Shown here: positions 18,157-28,037 of the stretch, one piece after another
Position numbering within the stretch: the stretch's first letter is position 1
How the letters are laid out: each line of letters starts with the position of its first letter
Assembly (NCBI GenBank): GCA_002897955.1
Contig: BDTY01000099.1
Location: 1 to 47,630 of the forward strand
Source: an archaeon BMS3Bbin15
Lineage (GTDB): Archaea; Hydrothermarchaeota; Hydrothermarchaeia; Hydrothermarchaeales; BMS3B
Direction: 5' to 3'
Length of the DNA: 47,630 nucleotides
Made by a program: the position numbers and the translations under genes
The notes under the pieces: generated by a model
The model's database searches: none
Told to the model about the DNA's origin: nothing
What the model saw: only the letters and a program-made list of their open reading frames with translations

Positions 18157-19240
18157 ATCGCCGGAAATTGACGAAATCCTTGAAAAAGCTCTTGAGGGTG
18201 TAAGGTTAAGCAAAGAGGATGCCCTTGCTCTGCTCAGCCTCACACCTGATAAAGTTTTTGATGCAGGAAAAGTTGCTGACAGGATAAGGGAAAGAAAGAC
18301 AGGAAATTATGCCACCTATGTGATTAACAGGAATATTAATTTCACAAATATATGCGTTGGAAGCTGTGCCTTCTGTGCTTTCAGAAGAGATAAAAATAGC
18401 AACGATGCCTATTTCTACCCTGTTGAGAAGATTGTTGAAAAGGCAAAGGCTGCAGAAGCTCTTGGCGCTACCGAGGTGTGCATTCAGGGAGGTTTACATC
18501 CTGGGCTGGAGATTGATTATTATGGTGATATACTCAAGAATATAAAAGAAGAAACCAGTCTCCATATACATGCTTTTTCTCCAATGGAAGTTTTATATGC
18601 CTCCAATAACAGCGGGCTTGATATTAAAGAAGGCCTCAGATACCTTAAGGAGAAGGGTCTGGATTCCATGCCAGGTACAGCCGCCGAAGTTCTTGTGGAT
18701 GAGATTAGAGAAGAGATATGTCCATCAAAACTGTCCACGAAGGAATGGATTAAGATTATAAAAACCGCTCATTATCTGGGTATTCCTAGCACTGCAACAT
18801 TACTTTACGGACATATTGAGGAAAATAAGGATATTGTTGAGCATCTAAACATAATAAGAGAGATTCAGGATAAAACTGGTGGATTTACTGAATTTGTACC
18901 CCTCTCATTCATACACTTCAAGACCGATGCCTTCAGAAATAAGAATAGCAGGGCAGGGGCAACCGGCTTTGAGGAATTAAGAATGTATATAACCTCCCGT
19001 CTGTTCCTTGACAATTTTGATAATCTACAGGTTTCCTGGGTTAAGCTCGGCAAGAAGCTCTCCCAGCTTATGCTGCGCTTCGGAGCCAATGACCTCGGCG
19101 GCACACTGATGGAAGAGAGTATATCAAGAAGTGCAGGGGCTGAGTATGAAATGTTATCAGTAAAGGAAATCGAAAGGTTGATTATCGATGCGGGCCTAGA
19201 GCCCAGGCAGAGGGATACACTTTATAATATTGTCAGATAA
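18149..19240 (+). CDS. cofH: FO synthase subunit CofH (radical SAM)
   Basis: NRNINFTNICVGSCAFCAF, SMPGTAAE, GGFTEFVPL, QVSWVKLG, GANDLGGTLMEESISR; coupled to cofG. Confidence 0.92.
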   Translation: MNKSPEIDEILEKALEGVRLSKEDALALLSLTPDKVFDAGKVADRIRERKTGNYATYVINRNINFTNICVGSCAFCAFRRDKNSNDAYFYPVEKIVEKAKAAEALGATEVCIQGGLHPGLEIDYYGDILKNIKEETSLHIHAFSPMEVLYASNNSGLDIKEGLRYLKEKGLDSMPGTAAEVLVDEIREEICPSKLSTKEWIKIIKTAHYLGIPSTATLLYGHIEENKDIVEHLNIIREIQDKTGGFTEFVPLSFIHFKTDAFRNKNSRAGATGFEELRMYITSRLFLDNFDNLQVSWVKLGKKLSQLMLRFGANDLGGTLMEESISRSAGAEYEMLSVKEIERLIIDAGLEPRQRDTLYNIVR

Positions 19241-19250
19241 TTTCATTATT

Positions 19251-20039
19251 ATGAATTCTTTAAAAGACTTTGCAATCAGGCTGGCAGAAAGCTCCGGTGA
19301 ATTTCTCCTCCAGAATTTCAAAAAGGATGAGGCTTTAATATCAACCAGAGGGCTGTCAAAGGAAATAACCACAGAGTATGATATAGAAAACGACAGATTT
19401 ATAATAAAAAAAATTTCTGAGACCTTTCCTGAACACAGTATTCTTACAGAGGAAAGCGGTTTTATTGACAGGAATAGTGAATATACATGGATTGTTGACT
19501 CTCTTGACGGAAGCAGTAATTTTGCTCTCGGAAATCCCTTCTTTTCTGTATCCATTGCCCTTATAAAAGATGAAAAACTGACTATCGGTGTGGTCTATGC
19601 ACCCTATCTCAGAGAACTCTACACTGCTGAAGCTTCTAGGGGTGCTTTTTTAAACGGAAGGAGAATTAATGTATCCATGGTGGACAGGCTGGATAGCAGT
19701 TACCTGTTAACCTGTGAGGGGGGAGAGAAGAGCAATGCAAAGATAGCAGGAATCAATGCACTGCTTCATCCGGGAGTAAAGGACCTGCGCAAGCTGGGTT
19801 CAGCTGCCATTGAGGGTGCCTGGGTTGCTTCAGGACGGGCAGAAGCATATATTACAACAGGCATATACCCTTGGGATATAGCCGCTGCTGTACTTATTGT
19901 CAGAGAGGCAGGAGGTAAGGTAAGTGATTTTGAAGGTAGAGAATGGAAGGTGGAGAAGAGTAATATTATTATGTCCAATGGAAAAATCCACGGAAAATTA
20001 ATTGAACTACTCATACCTCAGAGCTTCGGCAGGATTTAA
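19251..20039 (+). CDS. Inositol monophosphatase / SuhB family
   Basis: TEE, WIVDSLDGSSNF, RKLGSAA, PWDIAAA. Confidence 0.92.
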   Translation: MNSLKDFAIRLAESSGEFLLQNFKKDEALISTRGLSKEITTEYDIENDRFIIKKISETFPEHSILTEESGFIDRNSEYTWIVDSLDGSSNFALGNPFFSVSIALIKDEKLTIGVVYAPYLRELYTAEASRGAFLNGRRINVSMVDRLDSSYLLTCEGGEKSNAKIAGINALLHPGVKDLRKLGSAAIEGAWVASGRAEAYITTGIYPWDIAAAVLIVREAGGKVSDFEGREWKVEKSNIIMSNGKIHGKLIELLIPQSFGRI

Positions 20040-21194
20040 CTTTGCAGCCCTGTAGGCTGGATATAGACCAGAGATAACACCAATAAACAGAGAAAAACCA
20101 AGGGCTGAAATTATAAGTTTGGCTGTTATAAGAGTTTGAAAGCTTGAACCGATATACATGGTGCCCATATACTGTATGAATGCAGAGATTATTGCTCCCA
20201 CCACAATTCCTATTATACCACCCACAATCCCCAGAATTCCTGCCTCGGCAACAAAGATTTTCAGCACCATGGAATCATCTGCACCTATTGCCTTCATAAC
20301 GCCTATTTCTCTTGTTCTCTCAAGAACCGAGGTTAACATTGTATTCATAATTATAACTGACCCAACAACAAGAGAAATTGATGCGATTCCCCCTATCACA
20401 AAGGTGATAATGCCTATCATTGTATCAATCTGCTTTGCAAGCTGCTCTTTTGTAAGCACATCAAAATCCTTGCCTCCTCTTATCTTTTTAAGTACCTTCT
20501 CAATCTTGGTGGCAAGCGGTTTAACCACACCTTTATTATTAGCCACCACCCAGAACATTGTAATTTCATTTCCAGCATTAAATAAATCCCTTACGGAATT
20601 CAGGCTCATATACACACTGGAATCATCTTCGGTATTACCGATTTCTCCAAAGATTCCCACAACTATGAAATTTTTACCCTTAATTTTGATAACATCCCCT
20701 ACATGCACTTTATTATCAAATATTTTATTTGCTACTCTGTAGCCAATATCTATCTCATCAAAACTATTATCACTGAAAAATCTTCCTTCCTTTATAGTAT
20801 AGTACTTACGAAACTGGTTCATCCCACCTCTTTTTATTCCAGTGACCCACATACTTTCAACTTCATTTCTGAATTTTGCTGTAGTAGGCCTGTAAAATAC
20901 CTTCACAATATCCTTAACTTGGGGAATAGCTTTTACTGCTCTTATCTGTGAATCAGTAAAGGGTAGAGATTCACTGGGGGGCCCCTGCATACTCATCATT
21001 CCACTGGGAACAACCATAATCTTATTGCTACCCATAGCATCAAGCTGCCCGGAAACACTTGCTCGCATACCTTCGCCAATAGAAACCATACTCACAACTA
21101 TTGCAACACCTATGACTATTCCCATGACAGTGAGAAAGCTCCTTATTTTGGATTCTTTAATATTTTTTATAGAGAAATATATCTCTTCAATCAT
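20007..21194 (-). CDS. ABC transporter permease (MacB/FtsX family)
   Basis: RSFLTVMGIVIGV, IMNTMLTSVLERTREIGVMKAIGA, GLYPAYRAAKLNPAEALRYE. Confidence 0.93.
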   Translation of the reverse strand: MIEEIYFSIKNIKESKIRSFLTVMGIVIGVAIVVSMVSIGEGMRASVSGQLDAMGSNKIMVVPSGMMSMQGPPSESLPFTDSQIRAVKAIPQVKDIVKVFYRPTTAKFRNEVESMWVTGIKRGGMNQFRKYYTIKEGRFFSDNSFDEIDIGYRVANKIFDNKVHVGDVIKIKGKNFIVVGIFGEIGNTEDDSSVYMSLNSVRDLFNAGNEITMFWVVANNKGVVKPLATKIEKVLKKIRGGKDFDVLTKEQLAKQIDTMIGIITFVIGGIASISLVVGSVIIMNTMLTSVLERTREIGVMKAIGADDSMVLKIFVAEAGILGIVGGIIGIVVGAIISAFIQYMGTMYIGSSFQTLITAKLIISALGFSLFIGVISGLYPAYRAAKLNPAEALRYE

Positions 21195-21195
21195 A

Positions 21196-22380
21196 TTAGC
21201 TCCTCAGTGAGTCAACAGGATTCAACTTTGAGGCTCTGTAAGCAGGGTAAAGCCCGGCAATTGCACCAATTACAACAGCAAATATAAGAGCAAAGGCTGC
21301 AAGGGCAGGTGAAACTGTTGTTTTAAGAACATCATTGCCAAGGTAAACGGAAGCAGCCATATTTATAACTCTGGAAGTAGCATAGCCAAGGGCAACACCA
21401 ATAACACCGCCTGTGAACCCCACCACCACAGCATCTGCCATAAATATCTTCATTACCTGACTGTCGCTTGCGCCTATTGCCTTTATTATTCCTATCTCCC
21501 TAACCCTTTCAGTCACATTCATTATCATTGTATTGGAAATTCCTATAGCTCCAACTATCAGAGAGATTGCTGCAAGACCTCCAAATACAACCTGTACAAT
21601 TTTGAAAACCACACTGGCTTTTTCAAAGATTTCTTTCTGAGTAGCAACAAAATAATTCTTGCTGCTTTCCTTTCTCTTCTTAATCAGGTCATCAATTCTA
21701 ATTTTTACATCTTCAATATTTACTCCTTTCTGCGCTTTTACAATAATCATTGTTACAGCATTTTTGGCTCCAACAAGTTCTCTCAACTGGTTAATATCTG
21801 TATATAGAGTGTAATCCTTGATTCTATCCCCTGTCTTCTGGAAGATTCCGACAACCTCGAAGGTTTTCCCTCTTATTTTTATTGTATTGCCAACATTTAC
21901 TTTCCTTGAAAAGAGGTCATCATGGATACCATAGCCTATAACCACCTTACTCTGGTCTCCTTTGCCCAGCCACCTTCCCTGAAGTAGAGAATAACCCCCG
22001 GTGTTACCAAAGGTGTTTTCTGCCTTCTCAGGGTCTATGCCAAAGATAACTATGTTTTTCTCCTGTCCTCCAAATTCCACGCTTGTGGAGACGCTGAACA
22101 AGGGGGAGACAAAGGCAACACCAGAAAGCTTCCCAATAGCTCTTGAGTCATCATCATTCAGCTGGCCAGCTTTGGTCCCATAGGAGAATTTTGGGGTAAT
22201 AATAATTTTATCACTACCCAGAGACTGTAGCTGCTCTTTCAGTGTTGCCTTCATGCCTGAACCCACCGATATCATACTCACAACTGCCATTATACCAATA
22301 ATCACTCCCATAAGAGTGAGAAATGTTCTTGCTTTTCTGTGAGAGAGCGTTCTTACCGAAAGAAGAAAATAGTCATACAT
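21196..22380 (-). CDS. ABC transporter permease (MacB/FtsX family)
   Basis: RTFLTLMGVIIGI, ISNTMIMNVTERVREIGIIKAIGA, GLYPAYRASKLNPVDSLR. Confidence 0.93.
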   Translation of the reverse strand: MYDYFLLSVRTLSHRKARTFLTLMGVIIGIMAVVSMISVGSGMKATLKEQLQSLGSDKIIITPKFSYGTKAGQLNDDDSRAIGKLSGVAFVSPLFSVSTSVEFGGQEKNIVIFGIDPEKAENTFGNTGGYSLLQGRWLGKGDQSKVVIGYGIHDDLFSRKVNVGNTIKIRGKTFEVVGIFQKTGDRIKDYTLYTDINQLRELVGAKNAVTMIIVKAQKGVNIEDVKIRIDDLIKKRKESSKNYFVATQKEIFEKASVVFKIVQVVFGGLAAISLIVGAIGISNTMIMNVTERVREIGIIKAIGASDSQVMKIFMADAVVVGFTGGVIGVALGYATSRVINMAASVYLGNDVLKTTVSPALAAFALIFAVVIGAIAGLYPAYRASKLNPVDSLRS

Positions 22381-22448
22381 TAAATTAAATTAGGCATAAA
22401 GAATATAAAAGTCTTGGCTACTTCTCATCTGATTTCCTCATTACAAAA
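22365..22448. repeat. Long direct repeat, copy 1 (84 bp)
   Basis: Matches 23321-23399 except for one extra TTAAA and two substitutions (GTCTT vs GCCCT). Confidence 0.95.
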
Positions 22449-22502
22449 CAAATCTTGTGGTCATGAATTCGAAACAAATAAACCCCGATATCTCCTTCTA
22501 TT

Positions 22503-22994
22503 TTAGGGCTTCCACACCTTAAGGAAGTCAACACGTTCAAAATCTCTGTCGTTAGTGGCAATATCTGTGATGTCATTCACTTTGCAGCAGGCTGAATGAA
22601 GTGCATCGGAAAACCAGAGCCCGTACTTCCGTGAGATATCCAAGGCCTTCTCCAGAACATCAGAAGTATCCAGTATTTTTAACCCGTAGTCTTTGAGGAC
22701 TTCCTCACTTGCCTTAAAAGGTCTGTTTAAGCTTTTAATGAAAGCCGGATTGCTCTTCAGAAATTTTACAGCTTTCTGAGAGGTTAGCTTCTTTTTAGAA
22801 TAAACCTCGAAAATCACGAGTTTATGAAAAAATTCATCAAGCACAATGGAATTAATATACCCTTCAATTTCACCATACTTAACCCTACCAAGGAAATCCT
22901 CGCACGTTTTGGTATAATGGGTGTTTGTAAAAGCATATATCAGGATACTTGTATCGACGAAGACCGAACCTTTAACCAGGCGCTCCAGCTCCAT
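22503..22994 (-). CDS. VapC-type PIN-domain toxin
   Basis: VFVDTSILIY, VLDE, SDALH, ATNDRDF acidic tetrad. Confidence 0.93.
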   Translation of the reverse strand: MELERLVKGSVFVDTSILIYAFTNTHYTKTCEDFLGRVKYGEIEGYINSIVLDEFFHKLVIFEVYSKKKLTSQKAVKFLKSNPAFIKSLNRPFKASEEVLKDYGLKILDTSDVLEKALDISRKYGLWFSDALHSACCKVNDITDIATNDRDFERVDFLKVWKP

Positions 22995-23188
22995 CAGACC
23001 AGCTCTTCCAAATCCTTTTCCGCAATCTTCAGAACTATATCCTCTGGAACATCTATTTTGGTTTTAACAATTGGCCCTTCCTTCAACTTAACCAGTATCT
23101 CTTTTTCGCCGGTTTTTAAAGGTCTGTCAAGGATGAGCGTTTTCTTATCAATGATTCTGCCGTACACCTCTACAGGCATTCCTATCAC
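22994..23188 (-). CDS. Putative antitoxin (AF2212/DUF104-like VapB)
   Basis: Small beta-rich protein directly upstream of the PIN toxin with TGATG stop/start overlap; likely start ATG 23179 after SD AGGTGA. Confidence 0.78.
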   Translation of the reverse strand: MIGMPVEVYGRIIDKKTLILDRPLKTGEKEILVKLKEGPIVKTKIDVPEDIVLKIAEKDLEELV

Positions 23189-23320
23189 CTGTTATATGAT
23201 TACCATTTAACCTTAAAAAACTATACTGCCCTGTTTTTAGTTTCAGCAATACTGGAATATTTCCCCCGCATGAAATACAGGAAGGATAAATCTCTGGAAC
23301 TTAAATATAAAATTTTGATT

Positions 23321-23399
23321 GAAAATAGTCATACATTAAATTAGGCATAAAGAATATAAAAGCCCTGGCTACTTCTCATCTGATTTCCTCATTACAAAA
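23321..23399. repeat. Long direct repeat, copy 2 (79 bp)
   Basis: GAAAATAGTCATACATTAAATTAGGCATAAAGAATATAAAAG...CTACTTCTCATCTGATTTCCTCATTACAAAA, same as 22365-22448. Confidence 0.95.
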
Positions 23400-23968
23400 T
23401 AGGTGTAGGTAAATCTTTCTATTGCTGTGGAGAAGGCAATAAGAGTCAGTAAAACAAAACCATAGTATAGCATCTTTTCCGCAGGATATAAACCCATAAC
23501 GGCTGCTGCAAGGGCAACAATCAGAATAATCAGTCTCTCAGCTCTTTCGCCAAGACCGACATCGCACTTTGGAATGAAGTGTTCCGCTCTTGCTCTTGTA
23601 TAGCTAACCATAAAGCTTCCAGCCAGAGCAAACATGCCGAGAAGATACGCATGAAGATATAAGGTTAAGCCTATAAGCACGGCTGCATCGCTGTATCTAT
23701 CCAGAACTGAATCAAAAAAAGCACCGAAGTCCGAAATTCTATTTAGAAGCCTTGCCACAGCTCCATCCATTACATCAAAAAACCCGGCAAGTATAAGAAA
23801 AACAAGAGCAAGGGAAAGATTACCAGTGTAAAAAGATAAGGCAGCTATTACACTCGCTACAAAACCCATAATTGTAATCAAACTCGGGCTTATTCTCAGA
23901 AAAGCAAAAATCTTTGCTATGGGAATAATTATAGAATTTGCTATACCTCTAAAATTTGAACTGAGCAT
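23369..23968 (-). CDS. CDP-alcohol phosphatidyltransferase (archaetidylinositol phosphate synthase-like)
   Basis: DVMDGAVAR...FGAFFDSVLDRYSD signature; MVSYTRARAE, ERAER. Confidence 0.93.
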   Translation of the reverse strand: MLSSNFRGIANSIIIPIAKIFAFLRISPSLITIMGFVASVIAALSFYTGNLSLALVFLILAGFFDVMDGAVARLLNRISDFGAFFDSVLDRYSDAAVLIGLTLYLHAYLLGMFALAGSFMVSYTRARAEHFIPKCDVGLGERAERLIILIVALAAAVMGLYPAEKMLYYGFVLLTLIAFSTAIERFTYTYFVMRKSDEK

Positions 23969-24014
23969 CGTTCAGTTATTATAGCTTAACTATTAAAAAA
24001 TTTGTGTGAGAATT

Positions 24015-25523
24015 ATGAAAGTTCTTCTAATAACAGGGAAACTGGCTGAGGATAGGGTCAGAGCTATAGCAGGAAAGTATGGCATTGACGTTTATACTTT
24101 CAATGTCAATGTTGCAAGTTTTATAACCCCTGGGAAGATTATCAGGGAGTTTAAGGGCACAAGATTTATTAAAAATTATGATGCTCTTATAGTTCCCGGT
24201 ACCATAGGGGGTAATTTGAATGCTGTTGAAAGGGAGCTGGAAATTAAAGCTTTCAGAGGAACAAAGGATTTATCACTCCTTGAATTCCTACTTAAGCATC
24301 TTGAAAGTCTTCCTCTTTCATCTGAAGAATCTGCTGATGATATGCTCAGGGAGTATATTAAAGAGGCTGCTATGGAGGAAATTAAAAATATTGAAATGCC
24401 TGAAGTTAAGGAAAGGCTTCTGAAGGAGAAAGGAAATTTCCTTATAGGCACTCTGGGCACTGGAAAGGATTTTCCAATGCGAGTGGTTGCCGAAGTGGTG
24501 GATGCTGAAAAGCTGAAAAGGAAGGAACTCCTTGAGAAGGCAGAGTATTATCTGAAAAGTGGAGCAGACATTGTCGATATAGGAATAAGGGAAAGAAATC
24601 CCGAGGCTGTTGAAAAAGCTGTATCTGTTCTCAAGGAGCTTGATGCCCCAGTATCTATAGACACAATGGAAGCAGATAATATTGAAGCCGCCATGGATGC
24701 AGACATAGATTTAATTCTCAGTTTCAGCAGGGAGTTGATTGAGGAGCTTCAGGGAGTTAAAGTAGCAAGTGTTATTCTTCCCATAGTCAGCGGAAAGCTT
24801 CCCGAGAGTGCTGAAAGGAGAGTTGAATTTCTCGAGCAAAATCTTGGTCTTGCCAGAGATTCCGGTTTTTCAAGAGTGATAGCTGACCCTGTACTTAACC
24901 ATCCAAATTTTAATCTCGTGGGAGCTCTTGCTGCCTACAGGCTCTTTGCAAGAAAAAATCCTGATGAAGCAATCCTGTTTGGAGCAGGTAATGTGACCGA
25001 GCTTCTTGATGCTGACAGTACAGGAGTTAATGCCCTGCTTGCAAGTATAGCAGGAGAGATTGGCGCTGAATTACTATTTACAACAGAGGCAAGCGATAAG
25101 ACTCTCGGGTGCGTAAGAGAGCTTTCTCTGGCAGGAAAGATGATGTTCCTTGCGAGGAAAAGAAAGTCGGCACCAAAGGACATTGGAATTGACCTTCTGG
25201 TGCTGAAGGAGAAGAGAATTTTTAGAGAGCCTCTTGACAGCAATGTGTTAAATGCAATCCTCGTGGAGGCTGAAAAAAGTTCCAGCTATATTGAGGATAG
25301 GAAAGGTTACTTTAAGATTTTCGTTAAAGATATGATTTATGCAGCTCATTTCATAGGAGATGAAATAGACATTGTAATCACCGGCGAGAAGGCAGGAGAT
25401 ATAAGTCATACTATATGTAAACTCGGGCTTATCTCAGAACCATCTCATGGTTTGTATCTCGGGAGGGAGCTTCAGAAGGCAGAATTTGCCCTGAGATATA
25501 ACAGGAGCTACCTTCAAGATTAA
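24015..25523 (+). CDS. Dihydropteroate synthase-like protein (MJ0107 type, pterin-binding barrel)
   Basis: LLITGKLA, GADIVDIG, VSIDT, GAGNVTELLDADSTGVNA, TTEAS, HGLYLGRELQKAE...YLQD. Confidence 0.88.
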   Translation: MKVLLITGKLAEDRVRAIAGKYGIDVYTFNVNVASFITPGKIIREFKGTRFIKNYDALIVPGTIGGNLNAVERELEIKAFRGTKDLSLLEFLLKHLESLPLSSEESADDMLREYIKEAAMEEIKNIEMPEVKERLLKEKGNFLIGTLGTGKDFPMRVVAEVVDAEKLKRKELLEKAEYYLKSGADIVDIGIRERNPEAVEKAVSVLKELDAPVSIDTMEADNIEAAMDADIDLILSFSRELIEELQGVKVASVILPIVSGKLPESAERRVEFLEQNLGLARDSGFSRVIADPVLNHPNFNLVGALAAYRLFARKNPDEAILFGAGNVTELLDADSTGVNALLASIAGEIGAELLFTTEASDKTLGCVRELSLAGKMMFLARKRKSAPKDIGIDLLVLKEKRIFREPLDSNVLNAILVEAEKSSSYIEDRKGYFKIFVKDMIYAAHFIGDEIDIVITGEKAGDISHTICKLGLISEPSHGLYLGRELQKAEFALRYNRSYLQD

Positions 25524-25583
25524 GCGCTGAAAAGGATTTAAATATCAAATTGGCTATGCTGTATATCAGAATTTTCAAAGCAT

Positions 25584-25931
25584 CTGGATAGCAGAAGATA
25601 TGATGTTGTGTTCACCTAAAACTTATATCATTTTTTCAGAAAGCAGGAAAGGAAGAAATTCAGAGAGACAGTCAGAAGAGTTCTGAAACCAGAGGGACTT
25701 CTTTTTCTGAGTACTCTATCCATAGAAGATATACAGGATTATACCACTCTCCCAGAAACAGCTTCGTCCAGAAAACCATACGTCCATCTATCAACCAGAG
25801 AAGAATTAAAGAAAGAGTTTAATTTTTTGAGGATTAAAGAGCTTTATGAGCATGAATATGACGAGCCTCACTCTTCTGGTGAGATTCACCACCATGTTTT
25901 ATTGATGCTTATGGGTGAAAACATTGGGTAA
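25584..25931 (+). pseudogene. 5'-truncated class I SAM-dependent methyltransferase remnant
   Basis: Hand translation ...RYDVVFT*NLYHFFRKQERKKFRETVRRVLKPEGLLFLSTLS...HLSTREELKKEF...; internal TAA at 25617; motif I missing. Confidence 0.72.
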
Positions 25932-25982
25932 AGAGAGCTTCGCAGCAAAACACTTATAAAACAGTAAAAATATTCTCTGATT

Positions 25983-26552
25983 ATGCGTCAGGCAAAAGTA
26001 GAACGGACAACGAAAGAAACAGGTATAGAGGTAATTATCAATCTTGACAGCACTGGTAAAAGTACAATAAATTCATCCTTCCCCTTTTTGAATCATCTTC
26101 TTGACAGTTTTTCAAGACATGGCAGGTTTGATATTAAAATTAATGCCACAGGTGATAACGAACACCATATTGTCGAGGACATTGCAATTGTTCTTGGAAG
26201 GGCTTTCAATAAAGCCCTTGGTGAAAAAGTTGGAATAGAGCGCTTTGGCTCAGCAATTATACCCATGGATGATGTACTTGTGCTTGTGGCGATTGATATC
26301 GGTGGAAGGAGTTATATTGTAAATAATGTGAAGTTCAGATATAAGTCTGTAGAAGGTCTCAGTTCAGAGATGATTGACCACTTTATTGACACCCTTGCAA
26401 AAGAGATGAAGATAAACCTCCATGCAAAGCTTCTTGCAGGTAAAAATGAGCACCACAAGGCTGAAGCTTTATTCAAGGCTATGGGTGTTGCCATGAGGAA
26501 GGCCACAAGAGTTACAGGAGATGAACTTCCCAGCACAAAGGGCACACTATAA
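25983..26552 (+). CDS. hisB: Imidazoleglycerol-phosphate dehydratase
   Basis: RTTKET, EHHIVED, PMDD, NEHHKAEALFKA, PSTKG. Confidence 0.96.
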   Translation: MRQAKVERTTKETGIEVIINLDSTGKSTINSSFPFLNHLLDSFSRHGRFDIKINATGDNEHHIVEDIAIVLGRAFNKALGEKVGIERFGSAIIPMDDVLVLVAIDIGGRSYIVNNVKFRYKSVEGLSSEMIDHFIDTLAKEMKINLHAKLLAGKNEHHKAEALFKAMGVAMRKATRVTGDELPSTKGTL

Positions 26553-26561
26553 GGTGATATT

Positions 26562-27431
26562 ATGGTTGATTTAATAGTTAGCGGTAGTAGCTGTCAGGTT
26601 TTATCAAGAGAGATATCTGATGAACTCAATATTGAGCTTGCCATGGTTGAAAGTGGGCGCTTTCCTGATGGTGAACTCTATCTCAGAGTGGACAGCGATG
26701 TCAAGGGCAGGGACGTAGCTATTGTGCAGAGCACTTCAAAGCATCAGGATTCAAACCTGTTTGAACTCCTTTCTCTTCTTGAAACAATTAAAAGAGAGGG
26801 AGCCAGAGAGGTGACTGCAGTTGTGCCTTACTTTGGCTACGGCAGGCAGGACAGAAGCTTTGCATCAGGAGAAGCTATCACCTCCAGGGTAATAGCAGAA
26901 TTAATATCAAAGTATGCCGACAAATTTATCTCTCTAAACCTGCATAAAAGTACAATTCTTGACTTTTTTGATATTGAAGCTCTGGAAGGAGATGTTACTC
27001 CAGCTATAGCTGAATACTACTCTACCTTTGGTGTTAAAGATGCTGTGATTATATCGCCAGATAAGGGGGCATCTGGTCTTGCAAAGAATCTCGGAAAGCA
27101 TCTAAAATGTGAATATGACCATCTTGAGAAGAAAAGGATTGGCCCTGGAAGAGTTAAAATTATGCCCAGTAATATAAACCTTAAGGGTAAAAACGTCATT
27201 ATATATGACGATATAATCGATTCGGGCGGCAGTATAGCCGGAGCAATAAAGCTGCTCCATAAGCAGGGGGCAGAGAACATTCTTACAGCATGTATTCACC
27301 CTGTACTATCCAACAATGCTATAACAAGGCTATTCACCTCAGGTGTAGTTGATCTGGTTGGTACAAACACAATTCCGAGCCAGATAAGCTTTATAACTGT
27401 CTCAGAAATAATTTCAAAGATGCTGAAATGA
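26562..27431 (+). CDS. prs: Ribose-phosphate pyrophosphokinase
   Basis: FPDGE, PYFGYGRQDR, SPDKGA, YDDIIDSGGS, TNTI. Confidence 0.95.
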   Translation: MVDLIVSGSSCQVLSREISDELNIELAMVESGRFPDGELYLRVDSDVKGRDVAIVQSTSKHQDSNLFELLSLLETIKREGAREVTAVVPYFGYGRQDRSFASGEAITSRVIAELISKYADKFISLNLHKSTILDFFDIEALEGDVTPAIAEYYSTFGVKDAVIISPDKGASGLAKNLGKHLKCEYDHLEKKRIGPGRVKIMPSNINLKGKNVIIYDDIIDSGGSIAGAIKLLHKQGAENILTACIHPVLSNNAITRLFTSGVVDLVGTNTIPSQISFITVSEIISKMLK

Positions 27432-27578
27432 ACCCTTTTGAAGCTCTTGAGGTTGGCGTGGGGGCTCAGGCAGATTTGCCTCAAATCTGGGAATTAGATA
27501 TGGCCTTAGTCCTTCTATTAATCTTTTGAAGATGGCCAAGTTGAGGGTATACGGGTAGTAAGAGGCGAAGGCTACACT

Positions 27579-28037
27579 CTATAGCCATTTCATACTTCTT
27601 TTATACTTAGTGGGACTTTCTCCTTCTTCAAGTTTCCTGAAGATATACAGATGCTCGTGAGCAATTAGCAGGAAGTCATATTTACATAGCCAGCTCTCTC
27701 GTGTTGTCTTCATCTTCCACTGGAGCTTTATAACTTCCTCACGCAGAATAAAGCCAGCATCGAGGAAGGCAAGAAGCACTCTTGTAGCTATGGGCACATA
27801 GTGCTTATATTTGCGGGTGTTTCCAATCAGCACGGCGCAGTGCTTCCCAGGCTTGAGCACGCGGTAGCACTCCTCAGCAACCCTGGCCATCTCTTTTATA
27901 TATTCTTCAAGCTTGAACGAGGATAAATCTCCAGGTATGCGCTTTGCAGAGTATGGAATTATGCCAGCGTAGGGTAGATGTGTGGCAATCAGGTCTATGC
28001 TTTCATCTGTAATCAGGTTCAGGTTGCACGCATCTCC
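27579..28037 (-). pseudogene. 3' half of an N4/N6 DNA methyltransferase (THPPY-type motif, here THLPY)
   Basis: The frame of track ORF 27579-27890 extends upstream as GDACNLNLITDESIDLIATHLPYAGII; SAM-binding N-terminal half absent. Confidence 0.8.

Noticed and set aside
22449..23320. Terminal inverted repeats at the ends of the TA insert
   Set aside because: Only weak AT-rich matches; not convincing as MITE ends
27428..27529. 33-codon ORF overlapping the prs stop, containing a CAGATTTG/CAAATCTG hairpin
   Set aside because: Too short, no motif; more likely debris at the island border
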